The notes beneath the pieces are model-generated. The model saw only the letters and a program-made list of their open reading frames with translations, was not told where the DNA came from and searched no databases. From contig PEAD01000012.1 of the NCBI GenBank assembly GCA_002753335.1, positions 1 through 64,000 on the forward strand: a stretch of DNA of 64,000 nt, read 5' to 3'. A program made the translations under genes and the position numbers. Each line of letters begins with the position of its first letter. The first letter of the stretch is position 1. The DNA comes from Nitrospirae bacterium MYbin3. GTDB lineage: Bacteria; Nitrospirota; Thermodesulfovibrionia; Thermodesulfovibrionales; Dissulfurispiraceae. Of this stretch, positions 20,527 through 30,467 are shown piece after piece.

Positions 20527-21174
20527 ATGAGAATAGTTCTTCTTGGCGCACCTGGTGCCGGCAAAGGCACACAGGCAAAAATAATTGTAGAGAAATACGG
20601 GATCCCGCAGATATCTACAGGAGACCTCTTAAGGGCGGCTGTTGCTGCAGGAACAGCGCTTGGCAAAGAGGCAAAGGCGGTAATGGATAAGGGTGAGCTT
20701 GTTCCTGACAGTGTTGTTTTGGGTATGGTCGAGGAGAGGCTTCAGAAGGATGACTGCAAGAAGGGTTACATACTCGACGGCTTTCCGAGGAATACCAAGC
20801 AGGCAGAGGCGCTTGATGCTATGCTCTCAAAGCTCAATATGGCGTTAACAGCTGCTTTGAGCGTAGATGTTCCTCTTGAAGACCTTATGAAGAGGCTGAC
20901 CGGCAGGAGGACCTGCAAGTCTTGCGGTCAGATGTACAATGTTTATTACGGCCCGTCAAAGAAAGAGGGTGCGTGCGATAAATGCAGTGGCGAGCTCTTC
21001 CAGCGGGATGACGACAAGGAAGAGACGATAAAAAAGAGGCTCGAAGTTTACACAGCGCAGACCGCCCCTTTGATCGAATATTACTCAAAGAAGGGAATTC
21101 TCAAGTCGGTCAGCGGCACAGGCAGCATAAATGATATATTTGCTAAGGTTTCCGAGCTTCTCGGACTTAAATAA
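20527..21174 (+). CDS. adk: Adenylate kinase with a zinc-lid
   Basis: GAPGAGKGTQA, LDGFPR, CKSC...CDKC. Confidence 0.97.
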   Translation: MRIVLLGAPGAGKGTQAKIIVEKYGIPQISTGDLLRAAVAAGTALGKEAKAVMDKGELVPDSVVLGMVEERLQKDDCKKGYILDGFPRNTKQAEALDAMLSKLNMALTAALSVDVPLEDLMKRLTGRRTCKSCGQMYNVYYGPSKKEGACDKCSGELFQRDDDKEETIKKRLEVYTAQTAPLIEYYSKKGILKSVSGTGSINDIFAKVSELLGLK

Positions 21175-21214
21175 AGCGGCTTATTCAATAAAAACATAAA
21201 TGAGGAGGAAGTAA

Positions 21215-22408
21215 ATGATCAAACCACATGGTTCAGACGAACTAAATCCATTGTTCGTATATGACACGGCCAAAAATGAAGCCCTGCAGAAAGAGGCTGA
21301 AGGCCTGGCTTCTATTGTTGTGAGCTCAGGTGCAGCAGCCAATGCTGTTATGATGGGTTCGGGGTATTTCAACCCGCTGACAGGGTATATGAACAAGGCT
21401 GACGCTTTGTCGGTTACCAACAACATGAAGACCACATCCGGGCTGTTCTGGCCTGTTCCGGTATTGAATCTGGTTCAGAGCGCGGGTTCGATAAAGGCTG
21501 GTGACCGTATTGCTCTTAAAGATCCGAACGTGGAAGGCCATCCTGTACTTGCAGTTATGGATGTTAAGGCTGTTGAGGAGTTCAGCGATGCCGAAATAGA
21601 ACTAATCTCCGAGAAGGTTTATCGTCCGAACCATAAAGAAGCCCATCCTGGAGTTGATGCACTCAAAGCCCAGGGTAAAGTCTGTCTTTCCGGTCCGATT
21701 CAGGTTTTGAACTTCTCTTATTTCCAGTCTGAATTCCCAGATACTTTCCGCACCGCAGTCGAAATTCGCAACGAAATCGCTGAACGCGGATGGAAGAAGG
21801 TTGTTGCTTTCCAGACAAGAAACCCTATGCATCTGGCACATGAAGAACTCTGCCATATGGCAATGAAGCGTTTGGGATGTGACGGTCTTGTTATACATAT
21901 GCTGCTTGGCAGATTGAAGAAGGGCGATATTCCTGCGCCTGTTCGTGATGCTGCCATCCGCAAGATGGTCGAGCTTTATTTCCCGCCTAACAGCGCAATG
22001 GTTACCGGCTACGGCTTCGATATGCTCTATGCAGGTCCGCGTGAAGGTGTATTGCATGCTGTATTCCGTCAGAACATGGGCGCAACCCATTTCATAGTAG
22101 GCCGCGACCATGCCGGCGTAGGCGACCACTACGGTGCATTTGATGCTCAGAAGATATTTGATGAGGAAGTACCGGCCGGCGCGCTTAAGATCGAGATATT
22201 CAAGGCTGACCACACAGCATGGTCTAAGAAGCTGAATAAAGTTGTCATGATGTGCGAGGCGCCTGACCATGTAAAAGAGGACTTTGTTCTTCTTTCCGGA
22301 ACAAAGGTCCGTGAAATGCTGGGCAAGGGCATCGAACCGCCTAAAGAATTCTCACGTCCCGAGGTGGCCCAGATTCTGATTAAATACTACCAGAGCCTTG
22401 AGAATTAA
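21215..22408 (+). CDS. sat: Sulfate adenylyltransferase (ATP sulfurylase)
   Basis: FQTRNPMHLAH, YAGPRE, GRDHAGVG, SGTKVR. Confidence 0.97.
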   Translation: MIKPHGSDELNPLFVYDTAKNEALQKEAEGLASIVVSSGAAANAVMMGSGYFNPLTGYMNKADALSVTNNMKTTSGLFWPVPVLNLVQSAGSIKAGDRIALKDPNVEGHPVLAVMDVKAVEEFSDAEIELISEKVYRPNHKEAHPGVDALKAQGKVCLSGPIQVLNFSYFQSEFPDTFRTAVEIRNEIAERGWKKVVAFQTRNPMHLAHEELCHMAMKRLGCDGLVIHMLLGRLKKGDIPAPVRDAAIRKMVELYFPPNSAMVTGYGFDMLYAGPREGVLHAVFRQNMGATHFIVGRDHAGVGDHYGAFDAQKIFDEEVPAGALKIEIFKADHTAWSKKLNKVVMMCEAPDHVKEDFVLLSGTKVREMLGKGIEPPKEFSRPEVAQILIKYYQSLEN

Positions 22409-22437
22409 ATTTGGAATTTGCGTAAACAATAAACATT

Positions 22438-22498
22438 GAAGCGCGGAGGTGCGGAGGTTAAAAAGTTTTTTGCTTCCGAGCTTCCCAACTTCCGAGCT
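22438..22498. repeat. Imperfect 8-nt-period tandem repeats arranged as a loose inverted pair
   Basis: gaagcgcg-gaggtgcg-gaggtt versus gcttccga-gcttccca-acttccga-gct. Confidence 0.55.
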
Positions 22499-22590
22499 AT
22501 ACGAAAGGGGGTGTACCGAGTAAGCAGTATTTGCAGCAAAGGCAGTTGGTTGTTTTAGTAAATTAATTTAATTTAAGGAGGTTGTACAAA

Positions 22591-23010
22591 ATGCCGAGTT
22601 TTGTTATCACAGAGAAGTGCGATGGATGTAAGGCTCAGGATAAGACTGCATGCCAGTATATTTGCCCTCACGATCTGATGGCCCTGAACAGGGATATCAT
22701 GAAGGCATACAATCAGGAGCCTGAGCAGTGCTGGGAATGCTTTAACTGCGTAAAGATCTGCCCTCAGCAGGCGATCGAGACAAGAGGGTACTCAGATTTC
22801 GTGCCGCTCGGATCCAGCACGGTTCCGATGAGAGGAACTGACTCCATTATGTGGACCATCAAGTTCAGGAACGGAATACTCAAGAGGTTTAAGTTTCCTA
22901 TCAGAACAACAGCGGAAGGTTCGATTGATCCGTATGCAGGCAAGCCGGCTCCGGATTTTGCAAACCTCAATAAACCCGGCTTCTTTACCGGACCGGCAAG
23001 AGCCGAATAG
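22591..23010 (+). CDS. aprB: Adenylylsulfate reductase beta subunit
   Basis: MPSFV...CDGC...CQYICP...CWECFNCVKICP, WTIKFRNG. Confidence 0.97.
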   Translation: MPSFVITEKCDGCKAQDKTACQYICPHDLMALNRDIMKAYNQEPEQCWECFNCVKICPQQAIETRGYSDFVPLGSSTVPMRGTDSIMWTIKFRNGILKRFKFPIRTTAEGSIDPYAGKPAPDFANLNKPGFFTGPARAE

Positions 23011-23023
23011 GAGGATATAATAA

Positions 23024-25027
23024 ATGGAAAAAGAAACTTGTACGTTTTCATATTGTGCAAAACCTGCGATAGTCGAAGTTGAGTGCGATCTTCTGATCCT
23101 CGGCGGCGGTATGGCAGGATGCGGTGCAGCTTTCGAAGGAGCCCGCTGGGCGAATGAGAAGGGAATGAAGGTTGTAATGGTTGACAAGGCAGCAACAGAC
23201 AGAAGCGGCGCGGTCGCTATGGGCCTGTCAGCTATCAACACATATGTTGGCGAGAACAAGGTTGCCGATTATGTGAAATATGTAAGAAACGACCTTATGG
23301 GTATCATCAGGGAAGACCTTGTGTATGACCTCGGCAGACACGTTGATGATTCAGTTCAGCTGTTTGAAGAGTGGGGCCTCCCGATCTGGAAGAAGGGCGA
23401 TGATGGATTCTCCCTCGACGGTTTCCAGGCAAGGGATGCAGGCAAAAAGAGCCTTAAAGAAGGCGGAACACCTGTAAGATCCGGAAAATGGCAGATAATG
23501 ATCAACGGTGAATCTTACAAGGTTATCGTTGCAGAGGCTGCAAAGTTGGCCCTCAAGACCAACAGGGAAAAGACCGGAATGGATCAGAACCATTTCGAAA
23601 GGGTATTTATCGTTAAGGCTGTAATGGATACCAATGGAAAGAACGTTGCAGCAGCCATAGGCTTCAGCACAAGAGAGAATAAGATATATTCTTTCAAGGC
23701 TAAGGCGATGATCTGTGCAACAGCCGGAGCGGTTAACTGCTTCAGGCCGAGATCTGTTGGTGAAGGTATGGGAAGGACTTGGTACCCTGTTTTCAGCTGC
23801 GGTTCCGGTTATGCTTTCGGAATGCAGGCAGGCGCTGAGCTGACCCTTATGGAGAACAGGTTCGTACCGGCAAGATTTAAAGACGGCTACGGCCCTGTTG
23901 GCGCATGGTTCCTTTTCTTCAAGGCAAAAGCAACTGACAGCTACGGAGAAGACTATTGCACAAACAAAGAATATTTTGACGATGCAGTTGCCAGATATGG
24001 CGATTATGCAAAAGGTCTCGGCACCGCTATCAGAAACCATCTGATGATGAGAGCTATGAAGGACGGCAAAGGCCCGATCATCATGAGAACTCATGAGGCG
24101 ATGCAGGCTTTGGGCGCAGCCTTTACCGAGAAGCTCGGTGAAAAAGAAGGCAAGAAGAAGATGAAGCACCTCGAGGCAGAGGCATGGGAAGACTTCCTCG
24201 ATATGGCTATCGGACAGGCATCCATCTGGGCTGCAAACAACATCGAGCCTGACAAGACACCTTCCGAAATTATGCCTACAGAGCCTTATCTCTTGGGCTC
24301 ACATGCAGGCTGTGCAGGCTTCTGGGTAAGCGGCCCTGGCGATCTGCCAGGCACACCAGAGCACTACAGTTGGGGATACAACAGAATGTCAACCGTTCCG
24401 GGTCTCTTTATGGCGGGCGACGTTGTTGGAGCTTCCGGCCACAAGTTCTCCTCAGGCTCACACGCAGAGGGTAGAATCGCGGCCAAGTCGGCGCTTCAGT
24501 ACATTCTTGACCACGCTGACTACAAGCCGTCTCCGAAGATGTCTCTCGATGAGATTGCGGCTGAACTCTATCTGCCGTTTGAGATCTACGAGAAACACAA
24601 GGTATTTACAACCGATCCTGTTATCAACCCGAACTACATCGGACCAAAGGCTCTCCAGTTGAGACTCCAGAAGATCGCTGACGAGTATTTCGGCGGAGTT
24701 GCAACATGGTACATGACCTCAAAGACGATGCTTGAAGAAGGCCTCAAGAAGCTTGAGATGCTCAAGGAAGACGCAGCTAAAATGGCTGCAAAAGACCTCC
24801 ACGAGCTCTTAAGGTGCTTTGAGAACTACCACAGAATTCTGTCGGTAGAGGCTCATGCAAGGCACATCCTCTTTAGGGAAGAGTCCAGATATCCTGGCTA
24901 CTACTACAGGGGCGACTTCAACAAGATCGATGACGTAAACTGGAAGTGCTTCACCAACTCGAAGTACAACAGCGAAACCAACACATGGGAATTCAAAAAG
25001 GTTCCTTATGTGACGATGTATCAATAG
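23024..25027 (+). CDS. aprA: Adenylylsulfate reductase alpha subunit
   Basis: RSGAVAMGLSAINTY, GKWQIMINGESY, GHKFSSGSHAEGR. Confidence 0.98.
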   Translation: MEKETCTFSYCAKPAIVEVECDLLILGGGMAGCGAAFEGARWANEKGMKVVMVDKAATDRSGAVAMGLSAINTYVGENKVADYVKYVRNDLMGIIREDLVYDLGRHVDDSVQLFEEWGLPIWKKGDDGFSLDGFQARDAGKKSLKEGGTPVRSGKWQIMINGESYKVIVAEAAKLALKTNREKTGMDQNHFERVFIVKAVMDTNGKNVAAAIGFSTRENKIYSFKAKAMICATAGAVNCFRPRSVGEGMGRTWYPVFSCGSGYAFGMQAGAELTLMENRFVPARFKDGYGPVGAWFLFFKAKATDSYGEDYCTNKEYFDDAVARYGDYAKGLGTAIRNHLMMRAMKDGKGPIIMRTHEAMQALGAAFTEKLGEKEGKKKMKHLEAEAWEDFLDMAIGQASIWAANNIEPDKTPSEIMPTEPYLLGSHAGCAGFWVSGPGDLPGTPEHYSWGYNRMSTVPGLFMAGDVVGASGHKFSSGSHAEGRIAAKSALQYILDHADYKPSPKMSLDEIAAELYLPFEIYEKHKVFTTDPVINPNYIGPKALQLRLQKIADEYFGGVATWYMTSKTMLEEGLKKLEMLKEDAAKMAAKDLHELLRCFENYHRILSVEAHARHILFREESRYPGYYYRGDFNKIDDVNWKCFTNSKYNSETNTWEFKKVPYVTMYQ

Positions 25028-25037
25028 TTGAAAACTG

Positions 25038-25070
25038 TTTTGGGGAGGGCATCGCCCTCCCCAAAATTTT
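25038..25070 (+). terminator. Hairpin/terminator after aprA
   Basis: TTTTGGGGAGGGC-atc-GCCCTCCCCAAAA-TTTT. Confidence 0.75.
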
Positions 25071-25221
25071 CTCTGACAATTGCATGGCGCAGAGTGTAAA
25101 ACAGCGGTTTTGCAATATGCCCTGTGCAGTTTGAGTGAATAAAATCCTCCCCGAAAAGCCGGAAGCGGCAAGGAGAGGTTCTAAGAGTAGAAGCAGATTA
25201 CTGCCCTTAAGGAGGAAACAA

Positions 25222-26475
25222 ATGGCAGAGAGCAAAAAAGTTTTAGTTATAGGTGGCGGTTTCAGCGGACTTACCGCTGCTGTGGAAACGGCCGAAGCCG
25301 GATCCGAGGTGATTCTTATCGAGAAGACCCCTTTCTTTGGCGGAAGGGTGACGCAGCTTAACAAATACTTTCCCAAGCTTTGTCCGCCGAACTGCGGTCT
25401 TGAGATAAATTTCAAGAGGATTAAGAACAGCGGCGATGTTGCCTTCCATACATTGGCAGAGGTTGAGAAGGTGTCGGGGCAGGAGGGGAACTTTGATGTA
25501 ACCGTAAAGGTGACACCGAGGTTTGTAAATGATAAATGTGTGGGCTGCAATGCCTGCGCAGAGGTCTGTCCTGTCGAGATTCCCAACGAGTTTAATTTTG
25601 GCTTGGATAACACAAAAGCGGCTTATATAACCCACAATCAGGCATTTCCGTTCATCTATGCAATAGACGGAAAGCACTGCAAAGGCAAGGCCTGCGGCAA
25701 GTGTGTGGAGGCCTGCAAATACGGCGCAATTGACCTTGATATGAAGCCCGAGACGCTTACATTTAAAGTGGGCTCAATTATACTTGCTTCAGGATGGGAT
25801 CCTTATGATGTTGCCAAGCTGGATACTCTTGGCGCAGGCAATATAAAGAATGTCATAACCAATATGCAGATGGAGAGGCTTGCATCTCCCAACGGCCCGA
25901 CAGGAGGAAAGATACTTAGGCCTTCAGACGGCAAAGAGCCTAAGAATATAGCCTTTGTACAGTGCGCGGGCAGCAGGGACGAAAACCATCTGCCTTACTG
26001 TTCTTTTATCTGCTGCATGGCATCTTTGAAGCAGGCCACATATTTAAGGGAGCAGTATCCGGATTCAAAGGCCAACATATTTTATATTGATATCAGAACA
26101 CCCGGCCGTTATGAACAGTTCTACTGGAAGGTTAAAGAAGACCCGAACATAACTCTCACCAAAGGCAAGATCGCAAAGATTACGGATGACCCGGCAACAG
26201 GAAACCCGATTATTGAGGCCGAAGATATTCTTTCGGGAAAGAAGATTAAACAGGCATTTGATATGGTGGTTCTTGCTACCGGCATGGTGCCGTCAACAAG
26301 CGTATCAAAAATTCCTGTTGAGGTTTCATATACGCCTGAAGGCTTTGTTATGCCGGCAACCCTCAAGAAAGGTGTCTATGCGGTAGGCACGCTCAAGAGC
26401 CCGGTTGATGTTGCAAAGTCGGTGCAGGATGCAACAGGGGTTGCAATCAAAAGCATTCAGAGTGTTAGGAGGTAG
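25222..26475 (+). CDS. qmoA: Quinone-interacting membrane oxidoreductase subunit A (HdrA-like)
   Basis: GGGFSG FAD motif, YFPKLCPPNCGLE, QCAGSRD, CSFICC; GGAGG SD before ATG 25222. Confidence 0.94.
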   Translation: MAESKKVLVIGGGFSGLTAAVETAEAGSEVILIEKTPFFGGRVTQLNKYFPKLCPPNCGLEINFKRIKNSGDVAFHTLAEVEKVSGQEGNFDVTVKVTPRFVNDKCVGCNACAEVCPVEIPNEFNFGLDNTKAAYITHNQAFPFIYAIDGKHCKGKACGKCVEACKYGAIDLDMKPETLTFKVGSIILASGWDPYDVAKLDTLGAGNIKNVITNMQMERLASPNGPTGGKILRPSDGKEPKNIAFVQCAGSRDENHLPYCSFICCMASLKQATYLREQYPDSKANIFYIDIRTPGRYEQFYWKVKEDPNITLTKGKIAKITDDPATGNPIIEAEDILSGKKIKQAFDMVVLATGMVPSTSVSKIPVEVSYTPEGFVMPATLKKGVYAVGTLKSPVDVAKSVQDATGVAIKSIQSVRR

Positions 26476-26483
26476 AGGATACT

Positions 26484-28709
26484 ATGGAAAAGAAATTCGG
26501 TGTATATATATGCAAGGGCTGCGGTATTGGTGAAACGGTAAATATAGAGAAGCTTAAGAAGAACACAGCCGGCGGAGCAAGAATTCCCGCAGACTCTATT
26601 AAAGAGCATGATGTTCTCTGCAGCTCTGAAGGGCTTGAGCTTATAAAAAACGATATTAAAGAAGGGACCAATACTATTATTATTGGCGCCTGTTCTCCGC
26701 GCGTAAAGTTCGAAGAGTTTGATTTCTCCGGTTCGCTTGTCGAAAGGGTAAACCTGCGGGAATTTGTTTCTTGGGTTTCTGAGCCTATGACCGAAGCGAC
26801 CCAGACGCTGGCCGAAGATTATGTGAAGATGGGCGTTATCAAAACACAGAAGGGCAATATGCCCGAACCGAACATACTGCCTGATCTGAGCAACGAGCTT
26901 ATGGTTGTGGGCGGCGGTATCACAGGAATCACGGCGGCGCTTGAGTCTGCCAATGCAGGCTACAAAGTAACACTTGTTGAGAAAGAGGCGGAACTTGGCG
27001 GATGGTCCGCAAAGCTCTACAAAGAAACTCCGAGGCAGTACCCATTTGATAAGCTTGACGACCCCATTATATTCGACAAGATAAAAGAAGTTGAGTCTCA
27101 TCCTAATATAAAAGTCCGCAAATCAACGATGGTTGAAAAGACTGACGGTCAGCCCGGGTTGTTCGACGTAACTCTTTCATCCAATGGTTCGACCGAAACA
27201 ATAAAAGTTGGCGCAATCGTTATGGCGGCCGGATGGAAGCCTTATGATGCTTCCAAGCTTGGGCATTTAGGCTATGGCAATCCTAATGTTATCACTAATG
27301 TCCAGATGGAAGAGATGGCGAAGAAGGGCAAGATTGTTCGCCCGTCAGACGGTAAAGAGGCCACAAAAGTGGCGTTCATTCAGTGCGCAGGCTCCCGCGA
27401 TGCAAACCATCTTCCTTACTGTTCATCGTTCTGCTGCGGAACATCTCTTAAGCAGGCGCTTTATGTAAGGGAGAAAAACAGCGATGCTGTTGCGATGATT
27501 TTCTACAAGGACATAAGAACTCCGGGACAGTCGGAGCTTTTCTATAAGAATATGCAGAACAATCCGGGAGTGCTGCTTACAAAGGGTGAAGTGACGGCTA
27601 TAACCGATGCAGGCAACGGCAATCTGTATGTTGAGGCTGATGATACTTTCCTTGGTGAAAAGATAAAGGTTGAGGCGGATTTGGTTGTGCTTGCAACCGG
27701 CATTGTTCCCTCAACAAGAGGGCCTCAGGAATATCTTGATGGACTGACCGAAGCTGGCAAGAAGGGCGATGATGCCAAAAAGGCTTATGTTGAAGGCACG
27801 GAGAAGCCAGATTTCATTCTTAATTTAGGCTACCGTCAGGGACCTGAAATTCCGACGCTCGAAGGGGCTTACGGATTTGCGGATTCGAATTTTATCTGCT
27901 TTCAGTACGAAACCAGAAGGACCGGCATCTATTCGGCAGGTTGTGTAAGACAGCCGATGAACATGTCCGAGGCAGCACAGGATGCGGCCGGAGCAGCATT
28001 AAAGGCGATCCAGTGCGTTGAGCATGTGGCTAAAGGCGTAGCAGTGCACCCAAGAGCATGGGACACCACTTATCCAGACCCTATGATGATTAAATGCACA
28101 TCATGCAAGAGATGCACAGAGGAATGTCCTTTCGGAGCTATTGATGAAGATGAGAAAGGAACGCCTTTCTACAGAATCAACCGCTGCCGCCGCTGCGGCA
28201 CATGTATGGGTGCCTGTCCTGAAAGGATAGTTTCCTTCAAGGACTTCAGCGTGGATATAGTAGGCTCGATGATAAAGGCTGTTGATATCAATGAGGACGA
28301 TTTTAGAGTTATTGTTCTGGCGTGCGAAAACGATGCCTATCCGGCATTGGACAGCGCGGCTATCAAGAAGATGAAGTTGAATCCGGCGGTCAGGATTATT
28401 CCTGTGCGCTGTCTCGGCTCTACGAATTTGGTCTGGGTTACGGATGCCTTTTCAACAGGCATTGACGGGCTTATGCTTCTTGGCTGTAAGTATGGCGAGA
28501 ACTACCAGTGCCATTTTGTAAAGGGAAGCGAGCTTGCAAACTATCGTTTCAGCAAGGTCAAAGAAACTCTCGATAAGCTTCAGCTTGAGTCTGACCGTTG
28601 CCAGCTCGTACAGGTTTCGATTTCGGAGTATGACAAGCTACCGCAGATGATTAACGATTTTGTTGAGAGGATAGAGGAAATCGGCCCTAATCCGTTCAAG
28701 GAAATGTAG
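26484..28709 (+). CDS. qmoB: Qmo subunit B (HdrA-like, ferredoxin and MvhD-like domains)
   Basis: FICFQYETRRTGIY, CTSCKRCTEECP, ACENDAYPA...GCKYGENYQCHF. Confidence 0.94.
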   Translation: MEKKFGVYICKGCGIGETVNIEKLKKNTAGGARIPADSIKEHDVLCSSEGLELIKNDIKEGTNTIIIGACSPRVKFEEFDFSGSLVERVNLREFVSWVSEPMTEATQTLAEDYVKMGVIKTQKGNMPEPNILPDLSNELMVVGGGITGITAALESANAGYKVTLVEKEAELGGWSAKLYKETPRQYPFDKLDDPIIFDKIKEVESHPNIKVRKSTMVEKTDGQPGLFDVTLSSNGSTETIKVGAIVMAAGWKPYDASKLGHLGYGNPNVITNVQMEEMAKKGKIVRPSDGKEATKVAFIQCAGSRDANHLPYCSSFCCGTSLKQALYVREKNSDAVAMIFYKDIRTPGQSELFYKNMQNNPGVLLTKGEVTAITDAGNGNLYVEADDTFLGEKIKVEADLVVLATGIVPSTRGPQEYLDGLTEAGKKGDDAKKAYVEGTEKPDFILNLGYRQGPEIPTLEGAYGFADSNFICFQYETRRTGIYSAGCVRQPMNMSEAAQDAAGAALKAIQCVEHVAKGVAVHPRAWDTTYPDPMMIKCTSCKRCTEECPFGAIDEDEKGTPFYRINRCRRCGTCMGACPERIVSFKDFSVDIVGSMIKAVDINEDDFRVIVLACENDAYPALDSAAIKKMKLNPAVRIIPVRCLGSTNLVWVTDAFSTGIDGLMLLGCKYGENYQCHFVKGSELANYRFSKVKETLDKLQLESDRCQLVQVSISEYDKLPQMINDFVERIEEIGPNPFKEM

Positions 28710-28749
28710 TCCAATTAATGATAAAGATGATTATGAATAGGAGGAATAT

Positions 28750-29886
28750 ATGACAGAACAGATTAAACCTGATCTTAACTTTATAAACAGCGTTATCGAC
28801 GCAGGCGGTGAATCGCTCAAGAAATGCTTTCAGTGCGCCACATGTACTGTTGTATGCGGAGTAACGCCTGATGACAAGCCTTTTCCCAGAAAAGAGATGA
28901 TCTATGCGCAGTGGGGCTTGAAGGACAAACTGATAAGCAACCCAGACATATGGCTATGCCACCAGTGCAGCGACTGCACCGCCCATTGTCCGCGCGGAGC
29001 AAAGCCGGGAGAGGTTCTTGGCGCTATAAGGAAGATGACAATAAAGCATTATGCAGCTCCTGCTGCCCTTGCCAATATGGTTGCAGATTCTAAATATCTG
29101 CTTATGCTGCTTGCGCTGCCGGTTATTATATTCCTTTTGGTGATAGCGTCGCAGGGGCATCTGACCTCGTTTCCTGAGGGTAAGATAGTTTACTCCAAGC
29201 TGGTTCCTATTCCGTTCATCGATGGCATATTTACCGCAGCAGCCATATTTGCGGCGGTGGCGTTCTTTGGAGGAGTAAAAAAATATTGGGCAGATATGAG
29301 CAAGGGCGTGGAACTTAAGGGCGATCTTGCGTCTGCCGTTAAAGAAACAATAATGGAAATTATAAGCCACAAGAGGTTCGATAAATGCAATGTGACCAAA
29401 GACAGATCTCTGGCGCATCTTCTGGTTTTCTTTTCTTTCATCGGTCTTGCGATTACTACGACATGGTGTGTATTTTATCTTTACGGCAACAAGCTTTTGG
29501 GCATAGAGAAATTCGCTTTTTTCAACTTTGGCGCTTCGCCGTATCCTTTGTATGATCCTCTCAAAATAGTCGGCAATATAAGCGCGCTTGCGCTTTTGAC
29601 CGGAATAACCCTTGTTATAAGCAACAGGATGAAAAACAAGGATAAGGCAGGGGAGGGCAGTTACTTTGACTGGATATTTATTGTCGTGATATATGTAATC
29701 GCGGCATCCGGAATACTGTCAGAGGTTCTCAGGCTTGCCGACATTGCGGCGCTTGCTTATCCGATGTACTTTATCCACCTTGTGTTCATATTCTTTCTTT
29801 TTGCATATGCACCTTTTTCGAAGATGGCGCATATGGTTTACAGGACTACAGCGATGGTTTTTGCTAAGTGTTCGGGCAGGGGATAG
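28750..29886 (+). CDS. qmoC: Qmo subunit C (HdrC-like Fe-S domain plus heme-b membrane domain)
   Basis: CFQCATCTVVC, CHQCSDCTAHCPRGAKPG, TM helices, SKMAH. Confidence 0.94.
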   Translation: MTEQIKPDLNFINSVIDAGGESLKKCFQCATCTVVCGVTPDDKPFPRKEMIYAQWGLKDKLISNPDIWLCHQCSDCTAHCPRGAKPGEVLGAIRKMTIKHYAAPAALANMVADSKYLLMLLALPVIIFLLVIASQGHLTSFPEGKIVYSKLVPIPFIDGIFTAAAIFAAVAFFGGVKKYWADMSKGVELKGDLASAVKETIMEIISHKRFDKCNVTKDRSLAHLLVFFSFIGLAITTTWCVFYLYGNKLLGIEKFAFFNFGASPYPLYDPLKIVGNISALALLTGITLVISNRMKNKDKAGEGSYFDWIFIVVIYVIAASGILSEVLRLADIAALAYPMYFIHLVFIFFLFAYAPFSKMAHMVYRTTAMVFAKCSGRG

Positions 29887-29901
29887 GAAGGAGGAGGCAA
29901 T

Positions 29902-30339
29902 ATGGCTATCAAGATAAAAGACATACTTAAAGACAAAGGACTCGAAGTCATTTCTGTTGATAGTACAGTGACGGTGGATACGGCCGTAAAAAAGATGATG
30001 GAGAGGAACATAGGCGCGATTCTTATTTATGAGGAAGGCAACTTTGTGGGCATGTTCACCGAGCGCGATGTGCTTAAGTGCTGGGTGAATAAGGGGGCGT
30101 TCGACAAGGTTGTCATAAAGGATGTTATGACTAAAGACCTGTTAATCATAACGCCAGAAGATGATCTCAACTATGCCATGAGCATTATGACCAACAAGCG
30201 CATCAGGCATCTGCCGGTAATAGACAAAGGCAGGATGGTCGGTCTTGTATCGATTCGTGATGTGGTCAAATACCATGTTGGCCAATTAGAGTCAGAGGTT
30301 CATTATCTTAAGGATTTTATAATTAACGAAACAGAGTAG
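29902..30339 (+). CDS. Tandem CBS-domain protein
   Basis: GMFTERD, IRHLPV, SIRDVVK. Confidence 0.9.
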   Translation: MAIKIKDILKDKGLEVISVDSTVTVDTAVKKMMERNIGAILIYEEGNFVGMFTERDVLKCWVNKGAFDKVVIKDVMTKDLLIITPEDDLNYAMSIMTNKRIRHLPVIDKGRMVGLVSIRDVVKYHVGQLESEVHYLKDFIINETE

Positions 30340-30467
30340 CTTAAAAAACTGAAGGGGGAGGTGACAACCAGAGGTTTTTAAAAATTTGTTTAGGGAAAGT
30401 TTTTTTGTGGAATGGAAGATTAATTTGGGTTTCTTAATTTTTTAATCATAGATAGCAAGGAGGAAGA

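Noticed and set aside
25141..25200. Hairpin GCCG-GAAG-CGGC in the qmoA leader as a riboswitch or SRP RNA
   Set aside because: Lacks the conserved motifs of SRP RNA or any riboswitch I can recognise
21602..25613. Long antisense ORFs over sat, aprA and qmoA (222, 272 and 206 aa)
   Set aside because: No recognisable motifs; expected shadows of strongly codon-biased genes
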